Part shown: piece by piece, positions 37,379-50,747 of the stretch
Layout of the letters: every line of letters begins with the position of its first letter
Numbering within the stretch: position 1 is the first letter of the stretch
Source of the DNA: Lingula anatina
Taxonomy: Eukaryota > Animalia > Brachiopoda
Length of the DNA: 64,000 bases
Direction of reading: 5' to 3'
NCBI GenBank assembly: GCA_051362555.1
Contig: CM120640.1
Location: 15,252,001-15,316,000, forward strand
The notes under the pieces: generated by a model
The model's database searches: none
Told to the model about the DNA's origin: nothing
What the model saw: the letters and a program-made list of their open reading frames with translations, nothing else
Translations under genes and position numbers: made by a program

Positions 37379-40300
37379 TTAAAGGGTTGGCAGATAATAC
37401 ATTTTAAACACGTTAAGCAGTATGAACGTCTGCTTCGGCGTTTTTTTATAGTATTGAATTTACTTACAAATTGCTTAATTAGTTAAATGCAAAACCATGC
37501 GTTTCAAGTTTTGTGAAGTATTAAAAAGCAAATTACATGTAGTTTAAAGGAATGTCTTTCGACATGATAAATGTACATGTAATGCCCTCCTTAGACTGAT
37601 ATACTAAATTGTGATAAATTTATCATTACCTTTATAGATCTCCTATTTGTCAATCGTTTTTAAATCAATTTTGAGGAGTTATTTATTATTTATTGACTAT
37701 TCCGTCCATTCCTGCTAAATGTACATGTACATATATGCTGTAATATGGTGTTTATCTTTTTTTTTTACCTTTTATTTAACATATTTTCACGATTGATATT
37801 TTGCGTTTTGCATCAAATACGGATATTTGGATAATATCTGCATCGATAGAAATTTGCTGTGATTTTTGCTTTATCTGTGATTTTGCTCACATTGAGTCAC
37901 ATTTTCATATTTATTGTACAGTTGATTTGCTATACACACTAAGTTCGATTTTTGAACTCTTTGGCGAGTGCTATATTTTTGTGTCACAGCGTGCTGCGAA
38001 TTCATGATCATGATGTAAAAAATGTCACTGAAATAAAGATGCTATTTTCACAAAAAAAAAAAAAAACAATTTTTTTTACATTGTACAGATATGGTGCACT
38101 TGAATTGGGTCTCCAGTAGGTTTGTTCCAGGTTCGTTATAGGCCTACAGGTTGCCAGAAAAATGTATTTAAAGTAATCATAAAAATTGTTTGATGTTTTT
38201 GATACACTTATGAATTGTTCTGTCTTCATTTTGAGATATACATTCTAATAAACTCGCTTGCAAGGTCAGTTAACACGAGTGAATAGGCCCAGCAGCGAAA
38301 TGACATGAAATAAAAGGAATCCAGATATGCTCATTACAGCATGAAGGTCGTCTATTTTACTTTCCGCCTGTACAAAATCAACAAAAGTGATAATTTATTT
38401 CTCATAGTAGCGCTACATACACAGAAGTTTCGACTGTATAAATTACTATAAAACCTTTAACAATAGAAATTATAATAAAAATTAAAATAATAACACATTT
38501 CAAGTAAAAATCAATAAAAGAGGAATGACACCGTAAAGAGACAGAATCAATCATGCATTTGGGGCCCCAAAGCACTGTAAGTTACTAACCAATAAATTCA
38601 ACCATTCTGAATGACATACATGTAGGCCCCTACAAGTAACAATGGGAATGGCGGTATAAGTGCTCGTATTAAAATATTTGTCGTAAATAGGCCTACTCTT
38701 TCATTCGTCTGCGCCTCCAGTATTTTATAGCGGTAATTATTGGAGAAATAGTGATACTCACAGACATGTATTTGCTTCTACATTGTAGGTATTGTAAAAG
38801 CTAGACCTCGCGACTGCAAAGTATAAATGGACCTACTGTGTACCCAGTAGTCTGTATATCCGACTGTGTCCAACTGCCAAGTGAGCGTTTGGGAAGGCAG
38901 CTCACACTGCGATGTGCAACTAATATATATGTAATGCAAGTTAGTCATCAAAACTTTCTGTGTTAGCTGGGATGTGACAATGGGGTTACGTGGTAAATGA
39001 CTGTGGTTTTTATTTTCCATGGAGTTTTTAAAAATACACATACCAGGTACAATGTAACGTAGCCTACGTACGTAGCCTACCGTACCATATGATAGCGTTA
39101 TCATAATGTCATTTTGTAGGGCCTGCCATTTATAAGCAGAATGTAGCCTAACCACTTAATAACGATAGCCTATGTGTTAGCTGGGTAGATTGTAGAAACC
39201 ATTTAAGAAGTTCGATTTTAGAAACAAGCCTTGGCTTCCGTATAACAAAAGATTTACAATGATATAAAACAACGTGATGTAGCGATTCCTATCCGAATGT
39301 CGCCGCACTTTAAGACAGTGCATTGAACTCCTTAACATTTTTTATAGTGAGGCCCTATAAGTGCAGGTGCACTTGAACCGGATAAAAGCCGTACAAAAGT
39401 CAACACTACGGCATCGTCATTTGTTAATACGTGGACGGCGCCCGTCGTACCTGTGAGTCGTCTGGGGTAAACATGAACATTTTTGCATCACTCTTTTTAA
39501 ATTCAGTTGGTGACTTCATATGCAGTGGTCGTGATATCATCCCTTGAAAATTCAGCAAAGTTTTAGTTTAGGACCAATGCAGCACGACTGCGGGAACTGA
39601 TAAATATTTGCGTCACCAGTACATCTACTACTAGTAAGATTTAGCCTACAGCTTTACTGTTTACAAGAGGTGTCAAAGATTTTACCAGCTCTTTCTTTTC
39701 GTTATAATAGGCCCTACGTCTGTGGAAATTTTAGAAGAGGTCAGAGGTACGTTAATTTGTCTAGAGTCATGTTATTTTTATTTGTCTTTGTAGATGTACG
39801 TTATTCATGGCTTTTGTCAGTAGGCCCTATTATACCTGTGTAGGAAATTGGCTCTGAACGCTAGAAACCATGCACCTGAAGGGCGGCAGGCGGTCTGTTC
39901 AATCGCGCACGCGTGTCACCTTGACCTGAACTTGATGTAGATCCTGGTGCCTTGAAGGGCAGATTAGCATTGTAGTTGACTAGTGTGATAAACCAACGAC
40001 TTATAAAACGTCCTTGGATAAACTAAAGTAGTTTTTGTGGTTTTTAGAAAAATTGACTGATCAAGTTGACAGCCGAGCCTTGGTTCATTTGCACCAACTG
40101 AGCTTGTTACCCTGTACGATCGAGGGATCTATGGTGTGTGTGTGTCAAATAAGTCATTTAATGTGTTCTTTACATTCTAAATTTGCAGAATACAACTTGC
40201 TAGAATTACAGTTTTTGAACAGGGCAATTAATTGCATTAATTTTAAGGCTGTTGTGTATCATAAAGCCTACATGTATTTACAGTGAAAAAGGAACACTTA

Positions 40301-40390
40301 CCAGAAAAAATATTAATATGGCCCATTGATTTTGGTATTACATATATGTAAATGACACACTGTTATATTTTCCAGGTATATTAGCAAAAA

Positions 40391-43300
40391 ATGGAAATAG
40401 TAGATTACGTGACTGGTCTAGATGTGAAGACGGTAGTCGTTGCCAGCCTGGCATTTCTTCTAGCCATGGTGTATCTAAGACGGAGGAAGGGAAATCTACC
40501 ACCTGGACCCATGCAAGTGCCTTTTCTTGGAAGCATTTTTGGTATATTGAAACTTAACTAACTTACTATGTGTACTTTTTAAAATCTTCAGTAGATTGTG
40601 CCATTAAGTTTGTAAGTATGAAGCAGCTAGTAGAAAAGATGTGATATGTGGTACTTTTTGCCATGTACCATAAAATCGGAGTTTTAAGTGTTCAAACTCA
40701 TGGGCTCAAACTCATATTAGCCCTACCGGTATATATCCTTTAGTTTTTTAAATAATTTTTGAGTTGCCCTCTTAATTGATACATAATTTCATTAGAAAAG
40801 AGTTTGGCATCATTTTGCATCATGCATATCAAAATTCTTGATTATTTTTTTGCAGCTCTCAATAAGGATGTTAGACTGTTCAAGGTGTGTGAAGAACTGG
40901 CAAAAACATATGGTGAAATGACAACAGTTAGTTTAGGCAAGTCAAGTTACAGACTATTCATATTTATTTAGTTGTTAGGATAGTCAAAACTAATATAATT
41001 AATGTCTTTTTGTAAAATAGCATAATCCTATGCAATTTACATCACGACAGACAAATTCTTAACTTGAGATGGAAAGGAACTTTTAGGGTGTACATGGCAA
41101 CAAATTTGGTCTTATCAACTGATTAAAGATGCATTTTAAGTCAAATTTTGTCTCACAATCCTACCAAATGCCACCATTTATTTTGAAATAGTATACTTAA
41201 TAGAAATACCAAATATGCAATTGTGGGCACGACTTAACATCAATGTGTCATTATGTTCGGGTACATGGGAGATGAGTGAGAGTGATGATTGTGCAATGTG
41301 CATGCAGTGCTACATCATTTATGGGATTTTTACAAACTGTAGGGAAGGATAAATAGCCTGAGATCCAAAATTTTGAAGAAAGTGCCGTTTCAAAGCTATT
41401 ATATACAAGGGATTAATTTGGTAAATGTGACGTTGCAAGTCAACTTCATTTTGGTTGTATAAGAAACTAGTTGATGTGGTTTAAATGCCCTAATTACTGG
41501 GAATCTTCGCTCGTTTTATATGTAGAAATGTTATCCTTTCTTTTCAGGGTTGGTACTGGATAAGCTTGTCATTTTGAACTCTGCAGATGTGGTTCATGAA
41601 GCCTTGGTAGAGAAGAAAGAAATAATGGCAGGAAGAGATACAACTATTTGGTCATGTAAGACCTTGAGAAAATACAATATTTGGTATAATTTTACTTTGC
41701 TGAAGGTACATGTAACTGCTTATGGCTAATATTGCAGCTAGAAGTCACCTCAGGGATGGGAGGTATGTTATGGGTCTGATCTCCATCATATAGCAATTAA
41801 TATTCAAGGGGGTTTTGAAGCAGATAGTTGAATGAAAACTTTAAATTAAGTGTCTCCAGTCTGGTAATACTATACTGGTTAATAACATTGAACAAAAACA
41901 TTTTGGCATGCGCATTTAATTCTACCTATGTGGTTGATGCTTACATACTGTACGTATAAAAATCTTATCAAAACAACCTTATTGTCCACAACATAAAATT
42001 TTCTACAGACAAATGACTAAAGGTGGCTATTGTAAACTTTGTTCATCAGATTTCATATTAATTATACCTAAATTACTTCAATTCATTTGTTGCAAAGAAG
42101 AATGATCATATCCTCCACTTAAAGCAGTGCAAGAAATGGGATATCTTATTGATAATTTATTATCCTCTTTTAACAGTTGACCAGTTTTACTGAAGAGTTT
42201 AAAGATATAACATTTGGTGGCTTTTTTCTAAGCTGGAAGCTGATATTTATTGATAATTTATTATCTTTTTCTTACAGCTGACTTTTTTACTGAAGGGTTT
42301 AAAGATATAGCGTTTGGTGACTTTGGTCCAAGCTGGAAGCTTCAAAGAAAATTGGCACTTAAAGCTATCAGGTACATGTACCTCTGTATAGCTTATGACT
42401 CAGAAGACCAAGAAGAAAGCTATTTGATGAAATAATGTTTTCATTGTCTCTTGTGCCATTAATCTGTTCTGAAGAGATAAACATGTTTTTCTGTTAAGTT
42501 CCTGTAAAGTTCTCAAGAAATTTGACTATTTTTGTTTAGGTTCAAAACTTTGCTTTTTCTTTTCAAAATTTATGAAAAAATACCACATTTGTTACTTATA
42601 ATTTTTTTCCACCATTTAGTCCATATCCTGTAAAACTTTGATGAATGAGAATATTGGTATATCGTCATTATAATACATGTATTTCATTGGTTTTGCAGGA
42701 CATATGCCATGGGGACTAAGTTGGAGCAATTATTGAAGTCCTCCTACAGTGATGTGGCAGCTTTATTAGAGAAAGAGAAAGAACCTTTTTACTTTGGGGA
42801 GTACATCCATTTAATGTTGTATAATATTATCTGTAGAATGGCATTTGGAAAGAGGTAGGAACAGTAATAGTTAATGCACCTCAAAGTCATTATTTGTGCC
42901 TTACACCTTTATGTTATAGCAAAAATAAATTTCCCTTAATAAAGGGTATGCCCTATCCGGAATTGCTGGTGCAATTTCCATTTATAAAGCAAGACGGTAA
43001 AATGATTTCCTGATTACTAATCTTTCAGTCTGAAGAGTAAAATTCATCAACATTACTACCAGTAGGTTAAAAAAAATACTATTTATAAAATCAATCCTTC
43101 TCAGTAAATATCTTAACAATATGTGCTTTCATTTAATAGGCACAACAATCACAGAGTTAAATACCAATTTGATTAATTGTTGTGATTTTTTAGCTACAAA
43201 ATTGATGACCCCGAGTTTCTTCAGTTGAGAAAATTACTAACCTTGCTGGTGGAAGATTTCTTCCAAAGTTTTCTACCACCAGATTTGCTACCACTGCTGG

Positions 43301-43618
43301 AGCATGCACCAATAAAAAGAGTAGCTTCATTTAAAAAGTGTGTCAAGGAATTGCATGGAATAATCTATAAGAAATTGAAAGAGCACAAGGCAACTTTTAA
43401 TCCAGGTAATTCATATTTTTGGCAAGTGTTTTAATGTCCTTAGGCACCATTTCAAAAGTCCAGTACATTTCTTAAAAAAGTACTTCAGCATTGATTTTTA
43501 GAAATATTTGTTTTTTATTATAGCACAGTATGTGCAAACAATTTACTTTCGAGTTGTGTCTGGAAAGTGAGAAGGTACATTGTGTACATGTAATACAAGT
43601 ATACTTTGTATGACATAT

Positions 43619-43670
<52 letters not shown>

Positions 43671-46138
43671 CACTCATTCATTGTTGTACTTTTTCAAGTT
43701 ATGTACTTTTTAAGTAGCCCATGAAAATGTATACTAGTGGTACTCTCTGACGTGAAGTCATCTCTCTTTCAGAATTTCTGAATGTATGCAACACTAACAT
43801 TTCTTTTGGGGAATATGACGTACTGATTTTGTTTATCTTTGATAAATGATTCCTGTTCCTTTTGATGTACAGATGCTGCTCCACGTGACCTAATGGACCA
43901 GCTGCTTTTAGCACAAAAAGAGTCTGAAGAGGAGGAAGGTGAAGATACTAAGAACTTGCTGACAGACACACATGTTGTGCAGACTGTATCAGATGTGTTT
44001 TTTGGTATGGATTTGAAATTTTCATAATGAGAGAAAATAGTTTTAATGGATCAACTAACTTTCTAATTACATGTTACTCTTTCACTAGGGGAAAATTTAG
44101 ATATTATGTATGTATTTTAATGTCAATTTTAGAATTTGTATAAGCAACCTGTAATTTTTATCATTGACTCTTTAATTTGTAATTTTGACTTCTTAATTTG
44201 TCAATTCAGCTGTTAATAAATAATTATATTTAGCTTTTAATTGAAAACCCATTAAGGTTATAATAGAAATGCCATATACAAATAAATAATAAATATTATT
44301 ATTATTATTATTTAGCTGGAACAGAAACCTCCTCAGAAACCCTGAAATGGACACTTATGTATACAGCAGCTTATCCAGATGTTCAGGAAAAGATGCACAA
44401 TGAAATATTGGATGTTTTAGGTGAATGGTAAGCCTAAATGGGTAATTTTTGTATTGAAATGGAGAACATTGTACTTCAACATTACCAAAGTGTAGTTACA
44501 TATGTGAATGGTAAAAATATCTGACAAGATCTCATTGCACCAAGAAATGGTTATGAATATCAATTTGGACAACTGAAATAAAGAATAAAATGTGCAAAAA
44601 TTGTAAGAATTATTATCAAGATGAAGTTGACATTGGTCTTGAAGAAAAAAGTGTCAAAGAACAGGATTGAAATCATTTTCGTGGAATTTGGCTATATTTT
44701 TCTACAAATCAGTTTTTAAAGCAAATGTTAACCCATGCCACCAGTACATCATGTACGAGCCACTTCTTCTGCAATAGCATGTGCTATTCAAAGTTTTATT
44801 TTTGATACATGTGCCAATTTTTTGACGTATCTTTGTTTCTATAACAGGAGACGGTGATGACCTTCTCCAAAGCAAATCCAAGGTAACATACTACGATGCT
44901 GTTTTGCATGAAGTTATGAGACTGAGGCCAGCGATCCCAATGTCTCTGTTTCACAAAGTCCTGCAAGATACAAAACTGGGTAAGTATACTTGCTATCTTT
45001 CAAATTTTTTCAGTTTATCCTGTATGAGTGAATTCAGAGTAAAAAACACATCATTTCTAAAAAGACTAAACATGTTTTCTTCACCTTTGAGACATTACAT
45101 TTCAATTAATTTAATTAATTTTTCATCAGTTGTCATTGATCATGTGACTGACTTGTCAATTTGAATTTTAAAACTTTTAATCTCAAAAGTAGTGTCACAT
45201 CCATGCTTTGAATGTATTCATTATTACTTCAAGGAGAATACGATTTGCCAAAGGGAACCATTGTCACTCCAAACATATGGGGAATACACCATGATCCCGC
45301 TTACTGGGATTCACCAGAAGAATTCAGACCAGAAAGGTTCTTAGATGAACATGGCCACATACATGTGGATTCTAAGATATGGCTTCCATTCTCCAGTGGG
45401 AAGAGAAAGTGTCTTGGGGAAGCCCTGGCCAGATCTGACATAATGATGATCATGGTGTGTACCCTTTAGATGAATGAGTTTTTTTTAATTGTAAAAACAG
45501 AATATAGGACATCTTCACCCCCCCCCCTCCAACAATACCATCATTCTTTTTGTTACATTTATCTTTAAATAGAAATTACTTAATTACAAAAGCATGGGCA
45601 GATTTTTGTGTGAGAACTGAAGAACTTTTTAACCTACCGGTAGATACACCATATTTTAAATACCTGATCTACATTACATTCCAAAAACATCAGAATTTAA
45701 CATCATTTTGGCAAGATCATAATGACAAGTGATAGAAATGAATATTTCATTCAAAACAAAATGCATTTTAAATGGTCCATTAAATGTGCTTGGACATATT
45801 TGTACAGTACCAAGTTGCATGTTTGAATTAAATGTTATGCACTTCTAAGCAAATTATCAGAAAATAAGAAATTATTAGAAATTATAAGAAAATTATCAGA
45901 AATCAATCAAAACCATTTTTAGTGTTGTCTTTGGTGTTGATAAGATCCCCTTTGTCTTAATTTTGATGATCATTTACATGATTTGACTTTTTGTTTTTTG
46001 TTTCATTAGGCTTTGTTTTACCGGGACTACAAGGTGAGCTTTCCACCCAATGTAACAGGAGACTTCGAACCTGCAGATAAAATTCTTGACTGCCACTGTA
46101 AACCTCAGAAACTGGTTATTGAAAAGAGAAAAGGCTAA
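40391..46138 (+). CDS. Cytochrome P450, clan 2, CYP17A1-like (506 aa, 11 coding exons), copy 1
   Basis: Exons 40391-40541, 40856-40936, 41548-41655, 42278-42371, 42699-42854, 43194-43405, 43873-44004, 44316-44420, 44848-44979, 45234-45454, 46010-46138 (1521 nt). TM anchor, PPGP, WKLQR, AGTETS, EVMR, PERF and heme motif FSSGKRKCLG. A likely non-coding first exon ends at 39746 with an acceptor at 40375. Confidence 0.9.
43622..43667. repeat. (TA)n microsatellite
   Basis: Direct dinucleotide run; absent at the matching position in CYP copy 2. Confidence 0.9.
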
Positions 46139-46150
46139 ATTTTCATATTA

Positions 46151-46153
<3 letters not shown>

Positions 46154-46214
<61 letters not shown>
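46154..46214. repeat. (TA)n microsatellite just after the CYP stop codon
   Basis: Direct dinucleotide run. Confidence 0.9.
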
Positions 46215-46217
<3 letters not shown>

Positions 46218-47151
46218 TATGCCAGGACAAGAAAACCATTTTATATAAAATCCTTTTTACTTTTTATTAACATTAGATAATGTTTTCCATTTATATCTGA
46301 ATAGAATAACCATTTAACAAATTTCAGCATCAGCAATGGATATTGGATGGAGTAACATGTTGATACACCATGTTCCAATCTTTTATCTTTATATTTTGAT
46401 AATTGTGGAAATACTTGACTAAATCTAACTTCTGCTATGGCACTTGATTAAATTGTCATTACCATGTTGGTAACTGCATACATACATTTGTATAGTACAA
46501 GAACTTAAAGTGTAAATGTCAAGACAATATGTATATGGTGGAGCTGTACATGAAAGAGCTTGCACCAAAGAAGCAATTGACTACAAATGTGAATGCTTCT
46601 GTGCTGAGCTTAAGACATATATTTTAAACTATATATAGTCTTTCATTTAGTGGATTCTTTTGCAATGCTTACACTTTTTTAAATTAAGACACTCTGCTTA
46701 CATTCCATTTTACTAAGAAAACAACTCCTATGTCAGTACATTAAATTATGTACACAATACCACATGTTTACCAGTTTTTCTTTTATCCCTCCCACTGTGA
46801 CACTGGGGGTCTTGGAGTAACATGCCAAGTAATGACAGTTCACAGAATCCATTTAATTTTTTTTACATTAACAAATATTTTAGTGCAATTTTACCTTTGG
46901 CCATATATAATTCACTTAAGTGGCATTAAAACTTTGATTATCATGTAAGTACCAATAAAAAATAACAGGACGAATCATGTGCAAACATAAACACATATAG
47001 AAATAGAATTCATTGTAAAAATCAGTGACATCATATACCTTCAAGAGTTCTGGAATGAGATTTATAACTTTGGACAGTATACATAATTAATCACATCTTT
47101 AATGTGTACTGCTAGGGCTGCTTTACATGATCTTGGAAAATTTTTGATATG

Positions 47152-47318
47152 CAGGCCTGTAACCAGGGGGGGTTCAGGGGGTTCGAAAGAACCACCCCTT
47201 TTGCTGGGGAAAGGTCCACTCTGGGTAAAATTTGATCTAGGTGCATGAAGTTTTTATGGAAAAAGATCCATTTTTTCAGAAAAAGAACCCCCTTTTGAAA
47301 TTGCTGGCTACCTGCCTG
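47152..47318. mobile_element. Small CAGG-terminated MITE
   Basis: Imperfect TIRs caggcctgtaaccag / ctggctacctgcctg with a 5-bp direct repeat atatg on both sides. Confidence 0.7.
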
Positions 47319-48647
47319 ATATGTGATATGTATTAATAAGAATACCAATATATATATGTATACAATTTTTATAATATGTAAAAGTTCGGAATTATGCCTC
47401 TGATTTATAATACATTCAAAAAAGTTCAAATCTAATAATCTCCTAAGTGTGTTGTAACCCTTTATTATCATCCAGACACCGAAAATGAAGTTTTTCTGCA
47501 CCTAATTATTCAATAATGCATCTATCTTTGTGCTGATGAAAACAATAAAAAAACGAAAATATACAAAATCGGCTTTTATATTTCTCCTTGCATTGTAAAA
47601 GCGTAGGAATTTCAAGGCTTTAATCGCCAATTTAACACTTTTTTATTCTGAGGTGAGATAGCAATTGGTATGGGGCGTAACTTCATCCCTGAACAAGATT
47701 TATCACGAAAATCGGCAGAGTTGACCATGAGTGTATCAACTTAGTTGATCATTAAAAAATTGTTTTATGTAAAAAAGTGTTAAAATAGAAATAAACCCAT
47801 TTCAGTACAGTTCTGTCTTGTTTACATTTTGGCAATTTCAAGGTGTGACTTTGAAGTTTCATAGTCCCCAAGACCTTTGCTAGTCACATTTTCTGAATAT
47901 TCACGAAACTTCTATTTTATCATTAAAAATTGATCGTCATTATGCTGTTAGTGCCATAGTGCCCATTAAAGGAAAACCATGTCACTCACTCTTTTCAAAT
48001 TTACAGGAAAAAACATGGGCCTTAAATGCAGCTTCCTTTGGAAAAGTAGACTGTTTAGTTAATTTTTCTGGAAGTTATACATTTTTTTGTGAAAATTTGA
48101 TTTTTCGTATATTTCAAATTGGCATTTTCTAGATGTGACTTTTCACTCCCATCCACCAGGAGCCCTGTACTGTTACTTTGTAACATTTTCTGTATTTTTT
48201 AACTTACAATAATGATTCTTAGGATTGACATACAGCCCAAATTAGAAAAACAGCTCTAATGAATTAATGGTCAGAGGTAAATGTACGTTAAATTGGTTAG
48301 AATCATGTTATTATTATACGTTATTCATAGTTCTTCTCAGTATTATACCTGCATAGCATAGGCTCTGATATTGAGCGATAGAAACCATATAATACACCGT
48401 AAGGTAAGTTGTTAAATCACGCATGCTTGTCACCTTGATCTTGATCTAAATGTAGATCTTGCATGATAAACTTGATAAGCATTTGATTTGCATTGTGGTA
48501 GACTAATGGTTATTTAAAGTATTTTTTGTGGTTTTTAGAAACATTGGCTGTTCAAGTTGACAGCCAAACTATGGTTAATATCGTTCATTTGCACCATTGA
48601 GCTTGTTACACAGTAGGGGAGACCGGAGCTATACGTACAACTGTACT

Positions 48648-48860
48648 TGGACCCCCGAGGTAAGTTGGCCCTCCCATCAATATATGACAAAGTAACTATG
48701 GGGTAAAAGAATTGATCACATCATTTTGTAAAGTGACCGTACTTAGTATCCAATAGTGCTAAGAAATCGTTGCCAGTGAGTCCAAATGAAATAATTAAGC
48801 ATCTTAAAGTAACTTAATTAAAGAGACTTGATGGGGGGCCAACAAACCCCACGGCTCCAC
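48648..48860. mobile_element. MITE-like element at the duplication junction
   Basis: Imperfect inverted repeats tggacccccgaggtaagttggccctcccatcaa / ttgatggggggccaacaaaccccacggctcca. Confidence 0.55.
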
Positions 48861-50747
48861 AAGGCATAACTGGATCTACAGGGGCCAAGGGGGACAAGGG
48901 CGAGCAGGGAGTGAAGGGATCAAAAGGCGACAGAGGTGCAACTGGTATTCAGGGCATTATAGGTCCAACGGGCGCCAAAGGCGACACAGGTGTTCAAGGA
49001 CTGCAAGGATTAAAGGGTGATATGGGAGTAGCGGGGCCCATGCCACCTATGGGTCCTCCAGGAAATAAGGGTTAGTGCGTATTTGAAGGTGTAAATATTA
49101 ATAAAAAAGTTTTTCGGCCCTTTTTTATGGCCATAGTTTTAATAAGCTTCAAACATAAAAATCATTTTTTAAATGATCATTTGAAAATCATCATTATTAA
49201 GATAACAAAAATTTGTAATGCGCACACCACAGTGGAAATCCTATCTTACAATTTTTATTTAATTTTTCAGGGGTGGACGAATGCCAGACGAATAAAGGAG
49301 GGTGCAGTCACACCTGTATGAACTCCTACCTGTCCTATCGCTGTGTATGTGACGCCGGGTATCAGCTGAACGAGGACAAGTATTCTTGTGCCGGTGAGGG
49401 AAATCCTATTATCAATCATAATTTTTTTGGTCAATATAACATAAAAAATTCTTGTTCGGCTTGTGCATATTTACATTTCGAGTGTGCTATTTTTATACAT
49501 AAAAAGGTCATGGCAAAATAGCGTCTGCTGAAACTTTTAAAAGCTGCTATCAAAAAGAAAAACTGCATTTTCCATTGACATAAATTTACATGGATTTGAA
49601 TATTACCAGCGCCACCTTTTTTTCTACCACCTGATGTTGTCGTTATTGATGTTTTTTCAATCATTTTAGACGTGGACGAGTGTAGCAATGACAATGGCGG
49701 CTGTGACCAGTTGTGTTACGACGCAGTAGGCACCTACGTCTGCGCGTGCCGGGCTGGGTTCAGACTGAGCCCCGACAGACACAGCTGTGAAGGTACTATT
49801 ACTAAATAATGTATTATTAAGAAAGAGGTTTGCAAGCAAATAATAATAATAACAGATCAATAATTATAAGAAAAAATAGATGAATCAAAATAAATGAATA
49901 TAAAGTTTAAAACATTTATGTCAACCATGGCTGGATCTGTATCTTGAATGTATTACATAGTGCGGGTGCTGTATTGAAAAGCTGTGTCCGTAAGTGATTT
50001 CAAGAACTTGTTGTATTTTATGTGTTCTATCTCAGATGTTGATGAGTGTGCTGTCAATAATGGCGGGTGTAATTCAACACAAAAATGTGTTAACACTTTG
50101 GGGAGCCGAAGTTGCGTGATGACCATTTCATCGTCTGTTGACTCCTTGGCACAATCGCTGCAGCTAAAGGTCACAGGTAAGTAATCATTCGAAATTTCTC
50201 ATTCTCCACTGTCTACAAAATCATACTTATTCATGAGTTTCAACATACCAAGCAGCCTCTCCCCATAAAAATGATTGATGCCATGTTAGGTATATATAGA
50301 ATACCAATCTGTTACTAAATCAAACTGCGACAACACCTACACTGGAAAAGAATATTAAATCGCCTCAAATGGCCCTCAGGTGTTGTATAACAGAAACAAA
50401 AGGAAAATCTTTTCTATGTAGTAGTACACTGATTTTGTACTCTTGTTCCAGAATTTACGACACTCTCGGAAACCATGTCTCAGGTTGTGAAGGACCAGAC
50501 GGCCGCTCAATCGTCTGCTCAGACCGGCAACTGTGGCTATGATGCTACACTAGTGAATGGTTACCTCATCATGGGCATTATTATATGGCTGATTGTGGTC
50601 ACCTTAGTTCTACTGGGACTTGTTATATATTTGATTTATAAGAGGGGAAGAGGCAAGAAATGGGAGAAAACGCAGGAAAAACTCTCGAGAAAATATTCAT
50701 ATTCCAGGAATTCGCCTTCGATGTTTTCTGCAGTGAAAGCATATTAA
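48848..50747 (+). pseudogene. 5'-truncated duplicate of gene B (partial collagen, EGFs, TM, tail)
   Basis: Starts in mid-collagen exon with no acceptor; exons <48848-49070, 49271-49393, 49670-49792, 50036-50176, 50452-50747 are nearly identical to gene B; 9-nt deletion and a Gly->Pro change (GPM-PPM) in the helix. Confidence 0.85.

Larger units (their letters stand above)
35409..48847. repeat. Segmental duplication, copy 1 (3' end of gene B plus CYP gene)
   Basis: Collinear similarity in exons, introns and intergenic DNA with 48848-64000; the last part of copy 1 has no counterpart inside the window, so its right end is inferred. Confidence 0.85.

Noticed and set aside
40391-46138. Assigning the symbol CYP17A1 or steroid 17-hydroxylase activity
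   Set aside because: Motifs support clan 2 and CYP17-like similarity only; orthology and function need phylogeny and assays
47430-48260. Possible additional transposon-derived block
   Set aside because: No convincing termini, target duplication or coding remnant could be identified by eye
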